Position numbers and translations under genes: made by a program. The notes beneath the pieces are model-generated. The model worked only from the letters and a program-made list of their open reading frames with translations. It was not told where the DNA came from and did not search any database. A DNA stretch of 63,958 nucleotides, counting the filler, from Acidimicrobiia bacterium (GTDB lineage Bacteria; Actinomycetota; Acidimicrobiia; Spongiisociales; JAENVV01), in assembly GCA_041577335.1 (NCBI GenBank). It is 5 parts of 5 records of this genome, joined end to end, with 100 filler letters (N's around TTAATTAATTAA, not from the genome) between each part and the next. Parts side by side here need not be neighbours in the genome. Positions count along the whole stretch, not along the records: positions 1 to 15,645 come from JBFGJH010000075.1; positions 15,746 to 30,161 come from JBFGJH010000077.1; 3 more parts are not named here. One strand, written 5' to 3'. Of the stretch, positions 10,586 to 19,592 are shown piece by piece; position 1 is the first letter of the stretch; every line of letters starts with the position of its first letter.

Positions 10586-11980
10586 TCAGTGTGTGCTGGC
10601 GGCTCGCACCGCACCTTTCACCGTCTTCAAATCGTTGTCGAGCACGTCGAATCGCTCGTCGCGCTCATACAGATCTTGTAGCTCCGGAGGGAGTTCGGGG
10701 CGGGTGCCAGTGGCCCTCTCGACGGCATCAGGGAATTTGGCCGGATGAGCCGTCGCAATCGCGACGAATGGCGAACCTGGCTGGCGGGGCCGCATGTAGG
10801 CGGCTGCCAAGCCGATGGCCGTGTGCGGGTCCACCGTGACCTTGTGGTCCGCAGCGACCTGGCCGATGAAGCCTTCGACTGCCTGATCGGACATCCACAT
10901 CGAGTCGAACACACTCTTGGCCGTGCTGAGCCGAGCCGAAGGCACCGACATGGTGCCGTTGCGCCGGAACGCCTCCATCGCCTTCGCCAGCGCAACACCG
11001 TCGTGGTCGTAGAGCTCGAAGAGCAGCCGTTCGAGGTTCGAAGGAATCTGGATGTCCATGGCTGGGGTGATGGTGGGCGTGACCGTGTCGATGGTCAGTG
11101 TGCCGGTGCGGAAGAAGCGGTTGAGACCGTTGTTGCGATTGTTGCCGGCGACAAGCCAGTTGATGGGCACGCCAATCGCACGCGCCACATAACCGGCATA
11201 GATGTTCCCGAAGTTGCCAGTCGGCACGGAAAACCCCAGCCCCGACTCCGTGGCGTCGAGTTGTAGGGTCGCCCAGAGGTAATAGGTGACTTGCGCCATG
11301 ATCCGGCCGAAATTGATCGAGTTGACCGCCGAAAGACTCAGATCATCCCGGAACACGGCGTCGGCGAACATCGCCTTGACCAGATCTTGGCAGTCGTCGA
11401 AGGTTCCCTCGATGGCGATGTTGTGGATGTTGTCGTGGCTGACCGTGGTCATCTGCCTGCGCTGGACCTCCGACACCCTGCCGTGGGGATGGAGGATGAT
11501 GACGTCGACGGACGGCCGTCCGCCCAATGCCTCGATGGCCGCCGACCCGGTATCTCCGGAGGTCGCCCCGACGATGGTGAGGCGCTCGCTGCGCCGGGTG
11601 AGCAACCGGTCGAACAACACACCGAGCAGCTGGAGGGCGTAGTCCTTGAACGACAAGGTCGGGCCCCAGAAGAGCTCCAGCAGGTACAGGTCGTCGTCGA
11701 GTTGGGTGAGGGGCGCCACTTCGTCATGACGAAAGCCTCGATAGGCCTCCGCAGCAGCCTCATCGAGCTCGGCTGCAGTGAATGCCTCTCCCACGAAGCG
11801 GCCCGCGACCGCGGCCGCCAGCTGTGGATATGACAGCGTGCGAAGTCCGTCGAGCTCGGCAACCGTCATCTGGGGCCAGGCCTCCGGTATGAACAGCCCT
11901 CCGTCGGCGGCAAGCCCGGCCAGCAGCACTTCTTGGAAAGTAGCCCCCGATACGCCGCCCCGGGTGGATTGGTATCGCAC
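10586..11980 (-). CDS. thrC: Threonine synthase (long, class II type)
   Basis: GTG start RYQSTRG, GLAADGGL, GPTLSFKD, ATSGDTG, NSIN, ATAHPAKF. Confidence 0.95.
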   Translation of the reverse strand: MRYQSTRGGVSGATFQEVLLAGLAADGGLFIPEAWPQMTVAELDGLRTLSYPQLAAAVAGRFVGEAFTAAELDEAAAEAYRGFRHDEVAPLTQLDDDLYLLELFWGPTLSFKDYALQLLGVLFDRLLTRRSERLTIVGATSGDTGSAAIEALGGRPSVDVIILHPHGRVSEVQRRQMTTVSHDNIHNIAIEGTFDDCQDLVKAMFADAVFRDDLSLSAVNSINFGRIMAQVTYYLWATLQLDATESGLGFSVPTGNFGNIYAGYVARAIGVPINWLVAGNNRNNGLNRFFRTGTLTIDTVTPTITPAMDIQIPSNLERLLFELYDHDGVALAKAMEAFRRNGTMSVPSARLSTAKSVFDSMWMSDQAVEGFIGQVAADHKVTVDPHTAIGLAAAYMRPRQPGSPFVAIATAHPAKFPDAVERATGTRPELPPELQDLYERDERFDVLDNDLKTVKGAVRAASTH

Positions 11981-11982
11981 GC

Positions 11983-13269
11983 TCAGCCTTCGTCGCCGTG
12001 CACCCGAATGGTGGCGGCGACCTGGCGGACAACATCCAGCCCGGACACTTCGTCCACGGCTGCGCGAAGATCCCGTTCCAAAGCGTGATGGGTCACGAGC
12101 AGCAGGGTCGCCGAGTCGCCGCGCCCCTCCTGCCACACAGAGCCAATCGATACACCGTGTTCTCCAAAGGCCCCGGCAATTCGGGCGAGCACACCGGGCG
12201 CATCGGCGACTTCGAGGCGCACATACCACCGGGTGGAGACACCCTCGAATTCGGCAAGCGGGGTTTCGCCAAACCGGACCTTCGGGCTCACCGGAGCGCC
12301 TGCAAGATGCTCGCGAGCAGCATCGATGAGGTCTCCGAGTACGGCGGTGGCGGTGGGATCACCGCCGGCGCCCGGTCCGGAGAAGAGAAGCTCCCCAATG
12401 GCGGGGCCCTCGAGGTAGATCGCATTGTGAGCGCCCCGAACACTGGCCAGCGGATGATCGTGCTCGACCATTGTCGGATGGACTCGGACCGACACTCCGT
12501 CGTCCACCAACTCGGCCACTGCCAGCAGCTTGATGGCGTAGCCGAGATCGGCGGCCAGCCGGATATCGGTGGCGCCGATCGATTCGATGCCCTCGCGAAA
12601 AACGCCCGCTCCATGCACCCACGTGCCGAAGGACAGTGAGGCGAGAATGGCAGCTTTGGATGCGGCGTCGCCGCCGGATACGTCGGCGGTGGGATCTGCC
12701 TCGGCGTAACCAAGGGTTTGTGCCTCGGCGAGAGCCTCCCGGTAGTCAAGGCCTTCGTCGGTCATCTGGGTGAGGATGAAGTTGGTGGTGCCGTTGACGA
12801 TTCCGAGCACGCGAGAGATCTTCTCACCAGACAGGCTCTGAGAGAGGGGGCGAATGATGGGAATGCCTCCACCGACGGCCGCCTCGAACAGCAGTGACAC
12901 GCCCGCCTGCTCGGCTGCCTCGAAGAGCTCCTGGCCGCGCGCTGCGATCAGCTCCTTGTTGGCCGTCACCACAGGCTTGCCCGCCTGGAGGGCGGCGAGA
13001 ACCAGATCGCCGGCCGGCTCCAGGCCCCCCATCAGCTCCACGACGAGAACGACGCTGGGATCGTTGACAACTTCCTCTGGTTGATCGGTGAGAAGCCCGG
13101 CCGGCGCCTCGAACTGCCGCGGCTTGTTCAGATCGCGTACCGAAACGCGCTTGAGCTCCAGCGCAAGCCCCGATTTGGCGGCGATCACATTCGACTCTTC
13201 GATCAAGCGTCGGGCAAGCGAGCCGCCCACCGTTCCCCCGCCGAGAATTCCTACTCCAACGACTGACAT
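11983..13269 (-). CDS. hom: Homoserine dehydrogenase with ACT domain
   Basis: GGGTVG, VTANK, EAAVGGGIP, NGTTN, GYAEADP, C-terminal DAPGVLA. Confidence 0.97.
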   Translation of the reverse strand: MSVVGVGILGGGTVGGSLARRLIEESNVIAAKSGLALELKRVSVRDLNKPRQFEAPAGLLTDQPEEVVNDPSVVLVVELMGGLEPAGDLVLAALQAGKPVVTANKELIAARGQELFEAAEQAGVSLLFEAAVGGGIPIIRPLSQSLSGEKISRVLGIVNGTTNFILTQMTDEGLDYREALAEAQTLGYAEADPTADVSGGDAASKAAILASLSFGTWVHGAGVFREGIESIGATDIRLAADLGYAIKLLAVAELVDDGVSVRVHPTMVEHDHPLASVRGAHNAIYLEGPAIGELLFSGPGAGGDPTATAVLGDLIDAAREHLAGAPVSPKVRFGETPLAEFEGVSTRWYVRLEVADAPGVLARIAGAFGEHGVSIGSVWQEGRGDSATLLLVTHHALERDLRAAVDEVSGLDVVRQVAATIRVHGDEG

Positions 13270-13313
13270 GGCGAGCACGTTAGCGGGCAACACTCAGGGC
13301 TCAGGCGCGGCGA

Positions 13314-14549
13314 TCATCGAACGACGTCGGACACCGACTCCCCGGCGACGGCCACACGGGCGGCACCGTCTGCCACGAACACCACGGGACGGCGCGGCAG
13401 CATGTTGTAGCGGCTCGACATCGAAAAACCATATGCGCCGGTCGCAGGAACCGCGATGAGATCACCGGGGCCGGTGGCAGCCGGTAAGTCGGCCGTCGTG
13501 ATCCGGTCCCCTGTCTCGCAGTGTCGACCTACGAGTCGAAAAGCGTGATCAGCGACCTCGCCGGGCCTCGTGAGCGCTATTGCCTCGTAACGAGCACCGT
13601 ACAGTGCCGGCCTCGGGTTGTCGGAGATGCCTCCGTCGACGGCGAGGAATGGTGGATCCGAGTCCTTTCTCACACCCACTCGATAGAGGGACACTCCGGC
13701 ATTGGCCACGACGCTACGCCCCGGCTCGACGATCAGGCGCACAGGCCGATCGCCGATCGCCTCGCCCACTGCTGCTGCGTAGTCCGCAATGGGTGTTACC
13801 GGATCGGCGCGAACGTAGGGCGCCGCCATCCCCCCTCCGATATCGAGCTCGTACCGGTCTCCAAACACCCCGGGGCGCTCCTCGACGAATTCGATGGCGG
13901 CTTGGGCGGCGGCTCGGTGCGACCGGGGATCGGCGATCTGGCTACCAATGTGGACATGCACGCCAACGATGTTCACGGGCCCGGCGCGCGCTGCCTCGAT
14001 CGAGGCGTCCCCGGCGTCCGCCGACATCCCAAAGTGAACGTCGGCACCACTGGTGCGGATGTGGGGGTGCGTGTCCGCCCCAACATCCACGTTGAGCCGC
14101 AACAACGCCGCCATCGGCTCGGAGGCCTGAGCGCCCAGCCGCACGATATCGGTTGGGTCGTCGATGATGACCCGACCCACGCCATTGGCAGCCGCAGTCG
14201 CCAACTCGCCATCCGTCTTGAAGTTGCCGTGAAACAGGATGCGGCCGGCCGGGATTCCTCCCCGAATGGCAGTGGCCATCTCACCAGCCGAGACCACGTC
14301 GACCCACCAGCCTGCCTCGGCCAAGACCTCGGCCATCGCTACGCAAAAGAACGATTTGGCCGCAAAGGCCAGGCGGGCGTCGGTGCCAAACGCCTCGCGA
14401 AACACCGCCAATCGCTGACGAATATGCGCCTCGTCGACAACGTAGACCGGAGTTCCGTGGAGGGCGGCGATCTCGACGAGCTCGACCCCGCCAACCGTGG
14501 GTGAGTCGGCATCGGTCCAGGTCAATGGAAGGACGTCAGAGAGAGCCAT
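13314..14549 (-). CDS. lysA: Diaminopimelate decarboxylase
   Basis: GTPVY, FAAKSF, HGNFK, HVHIGSQI, EPGRS, CETGD, TGAY; upstream of hom. Confidence 0.9.
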   Translation of the reverse strand: MALSDVLPLTWTDADSPTVGGVELVEIAALHGTPVYVVDEAHIRQRLAVFREAFGTDARLAFAAKSFFCVAMAEVLAEAGWWVDVVSAGEMATAIRGGIPAGRILFHGNFKTDGELATAAANGVGRVIIDDPTDIVRLGAQASEPMAALLRLNVDVGADTHPHIRTSGADVHFGMSADAGDASIEAARAGPVNIVGVHVHIGSQIADPRSHRAAAQAAIEFVEERPGVFGDRYELDIGGGMAAPYVRADPVTPIADYAAAVGEAIGDRPVRLIVEPGRSVVANAGVSLYRVGVRKDSDPPFLAVDGGISDNPRPALYGARYEAIALTRPGEVADHAFRLVGRHCETGDRITTADLPAATGPGDLIAVPATGAYGFSMSSRYNMLPRRPVVFVADGAARVAVAGESVSDVVR

Positions 14550-14652
14550 GCGGCGGCATGGTACTCAGGCATCCCATCCGAGATCCCCGACATTCCAGAG
14601 GCGCACAGCAACACTCTTCTCTTCTAATACTCTCAAAGGATTGTTCTACTTC

Positions 14653-14685
14653 TTGACAGAGCGCTAACTATCATTATAGTGCTCT
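14653..14685 (+). promoter_or_regulatory. Sigma70-type promoter with overlapping inverted repeat
   Basis: TTGACA 14653-58, 16 bp, TATAGT 14675-80; AGAGCGCTA..TAGTGCTCT imperfect IR 14658-14685; AT-rich context. Confidence 0.75.
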
Positions 14686-14734
14686 AGAACGCTTCACAGA
14701 GAGGCACGGCACACGGCTACACAAGGAGGACGCC

Positions 14735-15055
14735 ATGGCCAGCGACATCAAGGCAATCATGGAACCGGGTTTCATGGGAGAGCTCCGGACCGCGATCGGA
14801 ACCTGCCAGACCGACCTCGACGCCGCCCTCATGGCGCTCGAGACCAAGCACGGGGCACGGACCGGGCTGTGGGAGGACGCTCCTGGCATTCGAGGCCCCG
14901 CCCAGACGTTTGGCGACTTGCTGAACGAGTTCCGCACCGTCACTCTGAAGAGCTTCGTGGACAACCTGACGACGACATCCAGCAACGTCCAGAGTTACGA
15001 GGCGGCCATGGCGCAGGTCGCGACCGACTTCAACTTCGCCAACACTGCAGGCTGA
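14735..15055 (+). CDS. WXG100-like small helical protein (106 aa)
   Basis: AAGGAGG RBS; two amphipathic helices around W46 (WED..GPAQTF); C-terminal YEAA; no signal peptide. Confidence 0.6.
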   Translation: MASDIKAIMEPGFMGELRTAIGTCQTDLDAALMALETKHGARTGLWEDAPGIRGPAQTFGDLLNEFRTVTLKSFVDNLTTTSSNVQSYEAAMAQVATDFNFANTAG

Positions 15056-15065
15056 TGACCGGAGA

Positions 15066-15118
15066 AACGGCGTGGCGGGAGAAGATCGCCAGGGTGACTT
15101 CTCCTGCCACCGTCCGTT
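15066..15118 (+). other. Long intergenic stem-loop
   Basis: AACGG-CGTGGCGGGAGAAG..CTTCTCCTGCCAC-CGT-CCGTT. Confidence 0.7.
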
Positions 15119-15142
15119 GGGGGGGCAGGAGGGACGAGCACC

Positions 15143-15406
15143 ATGGCAACGCTGGCGACGTATGAGTATGTGCAGAGTCGGCTGATCACGCTGAAATATG
15201 GGCTCTACGACGCCGAGGCCGCCATCCGGACCTATCGGAACGGAGTCGACGAAGCGATCGAAGGCCCGGTGACACAAACGTTGGAAGGCGAAGCCGACGG
15301 CTGGATCGGAAAACTCGACTCGGCCCAGTGGGCGGTTGACGTGTATTGGGAGGGCTACGTCGCCGACAAAATCGCCGAGCTGGAAGCTGCAACGGAGCCC
15401 GAGTGA
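15143..15406 (+). CDS. Small helical protein, WXG100-like partner (87 aa)
   Basis: GGAGG RBS; acidic helical hairpin with central IEGP turn; GTGA overlap with next ORF. Confidence 0.55.
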   Translation: MATLATYEYVQSRLITLKYGLYDAEAAIRTYRNGVDEAIEGPVTQTLEGEADGWIGKLDSAQWAVDVYWEGYVADKIAELEAATEPE

Positions 15407-15645
15407 GCACCGTTGCCACGACCGCCGCAACGGGCGCCAAGCGGGTCGTCGCACTGAGCCCCGACGGCAGCCGCCACGCCTATCACCTGACGACCTCTGG
15501 CAGCGCCACCGTCGGCGACGTCGTCGAAGCGCTCACCAACCGAACGGGCCACGAATGGCCGACGACCCTGTTCGTCAACGGTCAGGGATTCCCGGCGTCG
15601 ATGTCTTTGGCGGACGTTCCCATCGAGGACGGTACGTTGCTGGCA
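15403..15645 (+). CDS. N-terminal YukD/EsaB ubiquitin-like domain, possibly start of an FtsK/EssC-like ATPase (3'-truncated)
   Basis: ATVGDVVEAL..LFVNG..SLADVPIEDGTLL beta-grasp pattern; runs into gap. Confidence 0.55.
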
Positions 15646-15745
15646 NNNNNNNNNNNNNNNNNNNNNNNNNNNNNNNNNNNNNNNNNNNNTTAATTAATTA
15701 ANNNNNNNNNNNNNNNNNNNNNNNNNNNNNNNNNNNNNNNNNNNN
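15646..15745. other. Artificial contig linker
   Basis: N44-TTAATTAATTAA-N44. Confidence 0.99.
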
Positions 15746-15892
15746 CACGAGGGCAACGCCTTGGTGAAACACGTCCCAAGAGTCCACACCCAGACCGGCG
15801 GCGAGCATGAGGGCGATGCTCACGCCGAAGAGGACCAGGCCGAGCGCGAGGCGGACCAGCCTGTTCGGGATGTCGGTGTGGTTCGTTGTCAT
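15746..15892 (-). CDS. YczE/YitT-family membrane protein (partial)
   Basis: GLVLFGVSIALMLAAGLGVDSWDVFHQG. Confidence 0.85.
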
Positions 15893-15906
15893 GGATCAAC
15901 CTCCGG

Positions 15907-15944
15907 TATATGACGCATCATATAACGTTTACATGACGTGTCAA
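15907..15944. promoter_or_regulatory. Probable MarR operators
   Basis: TATATGA-CGCA-TCATATA palindrome and related ATGACGTGTCAA in divergent intergenic region. Confidence 0.65.
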
Positions 15945-15968
15945 CATCTTTCTGGTAGCGTGTGATCC

Positions 15969-16442
15969 ATGACGTCGAGATGGCTGAACGCGACCGAAGA
16001 TCGAGCCTGGCGGGGATACCGCAGGCTCTTCACGCTGCTCGAGTCGCGGCTCGCCCGGGAGCTGGCCGAGGAATGCGGATTGTCGGTGGCCGACTACAGC
16101 GTGCTTTCGAACCTCGCCGAAACCGAGGACCGGCGATGGCGGATCACCGAACTCGCCGAGCAAATGCAGTGGTCGCAGTCACGCCTGTCCCACCACCTGC
16201 GAAGGATGGAAGAGCGAGGGTTGGTGCTGCGCGAACAGGCCCCGGGTGACGCACGGGGCGCATTTGTCTCGCTGACCCGAGAAGGGCTCAAGGCCATCGC
16301 CGCGGCCACGCCAACACATCTCGCCGGTGTGCGCCGCCACATGATCGACCTGCTCACCGAGGAGCAGTTGCAGGCGCTGGGCGATATCGCCGAGACCATC
16401 GTCGGTCACCTCGACCCCGACGCCGTGGACGTCACGTCCTGA
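15969..16442 (+). CDS. MarR-family transcriptional regulator
   Basis: WLNATEDRAW, SRLSHHLRRME..GLV, DARG..LT. Confidence 0.93.
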   Translation: MTSRWLNATEDRAWRGYRRLFTLLESRLARELAEECGLSVADYSVLSNLAETEDRRWRITELAEQMQWSQSRLSHHLRRMEERGLVLREQAPGDARGAFVSLTREGLKAIAAATPTHLAGVRRHMIDLLTEEQLQALGDIAETIVGHLDPDAVDVTS

Positions 16443-16632
16443 GGCCGTTCCCATGACACGGGATGTACCGGACCTGCATGGGCACCGCGGCGAGGCCAAT
16501 GCGGTGAGCTGATCGGCCCTGCGCCCAACTGCGCCGTGCTGGTCCGGAGGCAACCCTGGTTGCGGCCCCGGACGGCCGAGGCGCCCTGGCGGTCTCCGGC
16601 GTCCGCATCCTCGGGGCATGGCAGCAAGTTGT

Positions 16633-17322
16633 TCAGCTGCGGAGTCGGTCGAGGCCGTCCAGGAGGAGGTCGAGGCCGAATTCGAACTCTCGCTGGTCGT
16701 CGCACCAGCCGAGGGTCGTGTCGGGGTCGTCGTGGGCGACCTCCGCCATCATCTGAACGAGATAGGGGAGTTGTGGTGCCAGCTCTTCCAGCATCGCCAT
16801 CGACTCGTCATCCTGCGCCGGGTCGTCGGGAACGAACAGCTCCTGCGTGAATCCAAGCGCGCGACTGCCCAACGCGTGCATGGCGTGATGGCCGATGTCG
16901 TAGGAGAACCCGCCCTCGATCAGGATCCCGAGGATGCTGTCGAAGTAGCGCACCAGCGACGGCGGCATGTTCGTGCGAGTCTCGATGACCGCCGGCGCCC
17001 ACGGATGGCGCAGCATGACGGTCCGAGCTGACAGGATTCGTTCTCTGAGCACCGGGATCCACTCCCGACTCGCCGCCACGGCGAAGCCGCCCATCTCCTT
17101 CTCGATCTCGAGGATGAGGGTATCGACGACGCCGTCCAGCAGCGCCTCCTTGTTGGCGACGTGGTAATAGAGCGACATCGCTTCGACGCCGAGCTCCTGA
17201 GCGAGGCGCCGCATCGTCAGCGCTTCGATGCCTTCGGCGTCGGCGAGGTCGATGGCGGCTTGCAGCACCCGTTCGCGACTCAGCGGGATCCGGCGAGCAT
17301 CGTCAGCGGCGTTGGAGGCCAT
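16633..17322 (-). CDS. TetR/AcrR regulator with TetR_C domain
   Basis: LTMRRLAQELGVEAMSLYYHVANK; FEFGLDLLLDGL. Confidence 0.95.
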   Translation of the reverse strand: MASNAADDARRIPLSRERVLQAAIDLADAEGIEALTMRRLAQELGVEAMSLYYHVANKEALLDGVVDTLILEIEKEMGGFAVAASREWIPVLRERILSARTVMLRHPWAPAVIETRTNMPPSLVRYFDSILGILIEGGFSYDIGHHAMHALGSRALGFTQELFVPDDPAQDDESMAMLEELAPQLPYLVQMMAEVAHDDPDTTLGWCDDQREFEFGLDLLLDGLDRLRS

Positions 17323-17334
17323 GCGAGCATTCTA

Positions 17335-17390
17335 CCGTACAACGTAAGCCTTGACAGCCTTACAATGTATGGGTATCTTACGGTGTATGG
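17335..17390 (+). promoter_or_regulatory. Promoter with three TetR operators
   Basis: TTGACA 17351-56, 17 bp, TATCTT 17374-79; three C[T/G]TAC-N3-GTA[A/T]G sites at 17335, 17358, 17376. Confidence 0.75.
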
Positions 17391-17412
17391 CAAGCCAACA
17401 GAAAGGGCTACT

Positions 17413-18456
17413 GTGACTACACACCGCACCGAGGCGACAGGGGAGCAGACGTTGGACCGTGACAATGACCGGGCCATCCCGGAGACGATGCGAGCGATCA
17501 CCCAGGATCGATACGGGCGTCCCGAGGTGCTGTCATTGGGCACGGTCGAGGTGCCGACGCCGGGCGCCGGCGAAGCCCTCATCGAGGTCCGGGCATCGTC
17601 GGTCAACATCGCCGACTGGCATCTGACCACAGGCACACCGGCAATGGTGAAGGCCGTGACCGGGCTGACCAGGCCGAAGAACCCAATCCCAGGCGCCGAC
17701 GTGGCCGGCGTGGTGGCCGCAGTGGGGCCCAACGTCACCGACTTCGCCGTCGGCGACAACGTGTTTGGCGACATCGGTTCGGGAGCCTGGGCGGAGTACA
17801 CCACTGCCGCGGCGAGTCGTATCGTCAAAAAGCCCAAGGGGGTCTCCTTCGAGCATGCCGCGGCCGTGCCCCTCGCCGCCATCACGGCCCTGCAGGGGCT
17901 GCGTGACAAGGGCGGGGTCGGTGCCGGGCAGCGGGTACTCATCAACGGTGCCTCTGGCGGCGTCGGCACGTTCGCCGTCCAGATCGGCAAAGCGTTGGGC
18001 GCTCACGTGACCGCCGTGTGCAGCACCGGCAAGGTCGACCAGGCGCGTTCCATCGGCGCCGATCACGTCATCGATTACACCGGCGACGACTTTGTTGCGT
18101 CCGAACGCGGATACGACGTCATTTTCGACAACGTGGGGAATCGCCCGTGGTCCGAGACGCGTCGGGTGCTGGCCGACGGGGGAATCAATGTCACGATCAC
18201 CGGCCCGAAACACGGCATCCTCGGCCCGTTCCGCAACCTGCTGTTCCGCAAGGCTTTGGCCACGGTCGGCGACAAGCGCTTCACCTGGTTCACCGCCGAG
18301 GTGAAAGCAGACGATCTCTCGCTGCTCGCCGACTGGCTCGAGTCGGGGATCCTCAAGCCGGTCATCGAGCGGACCTATCCGCTGGCGCAAGCCCCGGATG
18401 CGCTCGCCTACCTAGGCGAGGGACACGCCCACGGGAAGCTCGTCATCAGCATCTGA
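17413..18456 (+). CDS. MDR-family NAD(P)-dependent oxidoreductase (quinone reductase-like)
   Basis: MRAITQDRYG.PEVL, GADVAG, INGASGGVG, GKLVI; start GTG 17413 or ATG 17488. Confidence 0.9.
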   Translation: MTTHRTEATGEQTLDRDNDRAIPETMRAITQDRYGRPEVLSLGTVEVPTPGAGEALIEVRASSVNIADWHLTTGTPAMVKAVTGLTRPKNPIPGADVAGVVAAVGPNVTDFAVGDNVFGDIGSGAWAEYTTAAASRIVKKPKGVSFEHAAAVPLAAITALQGLRDKGGVGAGQRVLINGASGGVGTFAVQIGKALGAHVTAVCSTGKVDQARSIGADHVIDYTGDDFVASERGYDVIFDNVGNRPWSETRRVLADGGINVTITGPKHGILGPFRNLLFRKALATVGDKRFTWFTAEVKADDLSLLADWLESGILKPVIERTYPLAQAPDALAYLGEGHAHGKLVISI

Positions 18457-18652
18457 GCGGCGGGCCTGCGGGGCGTGATATCTGGCAAGTCCGGGCGGAC
18501 GCGCCGATCCCAAACCGGCGGGGTGGAACCGGCGGCGACCACGGGGCGCCTGACCAGCTAGGCGTACCCAGGATTCGGTGTCGCGGTTCTGCCGCGCCGG
18601 GACCGCTCCGCGGTTGGGAAGTCCCATAGTCCCCCACAGCAGACCTGGGCGA

Positions 18653-19459
18653 CTATCGCACCTCGGGGCGAGTGCCGGCTTTGGGTCCTTCGGTGGCTGG
18701 ACCGGCGAAGGCCTGGGCTTTTTCCAGCCAGTCCCGGGCCACGGCAGTGGCAACCAACGCCGTGTCGTCGAGGTGGCGCCGTTGGGTGACCACCAGGCAA
18801 AACGCTTCGGCCGGCCCTGCGACCGACTCGGTGGCGTCGTCGGGGCCGTATGTCCAGGTGTCGCCTGCAGGGGAAAGGAGCTCCACCCGCACCGGTTCTT
18901 CGGGCGGGGTTTCGCCACGGTTGATATACGACCAGCCACGCGTGATGAATCCGAGTTGAGCGACATGACGGAGGCGGTCGGTGGCGGGGCGGTCTGCGCC
19001 CACGGCATCGACGATGTCCTGGCCGTGCGCCCACGTTTCCATCAGCCGGGCAGTCAGGAACGATTTCGAGCCCATCTGTGGGCCGTACCAATCGACACGA
19101 GTGTCGTTGGCGAGGGTGGCAGAGGCGTCCGCCAGCGATGCCCGCCCGGCGCGCCAGGCGTCGAGTAGCTCTACGGAACTCATGGCTCGGTATGGGCCAA
19201 GCGTGAGCTGGTCGGCGGCCTCGTCGCCTTGGGAAGCGATCTCCCACAGCTCGGCGACGAGCGCCTGGAAGGCTTCGGGATCGATGATGGCGGCAACTGC
19301 CGCGTTGTCGAAGTAGGTGAGGTGACCGATCTGGTCGGCCACCGTCCAGCGGGGGCTGGGAGTCGGCGTATCCCACTGTTCGGCAGTCAGCGCCACCACG
19401 ATGTCGTCGAGGGCGTCCTGTTCGGCGATGAGGTCGCTGCGGACCTGAGTGACATCCAT
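18653..19459 (-). CDS. TIGR03084-family (DinB/MDMPI superfamily) metal-binding protein
   Basis: WTVADQIGHL, TARLMETWAHGQD, AQAFAGP. Confidence 0.88.
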   Translation of the reverse strand: MDVTQVRSDLIAEQDALDDIVVALTAEQWDTPTPSPRWTVADQIGHLTYFDNAAVAAIIDPEAFQALVAELWEIASQGDEAADQLTLGPYRAMSSVELLDAWRAGRASLADASATLANDTRVDWYGPQMGSKSFLTARLMETWAHGQDIVDAVGADRPATDRLRHVAQLGFITRGWSYINRGETPPEEPVRVELLSPAGDTWTYGPDDATESVAGPAEAFCLVVTQRRHLDDTALVATAVARDWLEKAQAFAGPATEGPKAGTRPEVR

Positions 19460-19535
19460 GGCGAGCAGGGTAACGGGCCGCAGGACCCCAGTGCACTGCG
19501 TACTTGTGGCCCCAGCGTTGCAAAAACGCGTCATT

Positions 19536-19560
19536 GAACCCCGGGTACAACCCGGGGTTC
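19536..19560. repeat. REP-like palindrome related to the 1069-1236 repeat
   Basis: GAACCCCGGGT-ACA-ACCCGGGGTTC perfect 11-bp arms. Confidence 0.8.
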
Positions 19561-19592
19561 GTTTCAAGAGTGGGGCGGCTAGCGTCTCGGGG

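Noticed and set aside
15646..15745. TTAATTAATTAA motif recurring four times and ORFs ending in LIN
   Set aside because: Artificial six-frame-stop linker flanked by Ns, not biological
14735..16442. Linking the WXG100-like operon to the YczE/MarR genes
   Set aside because: Separated by a linker, so they are on different contigs
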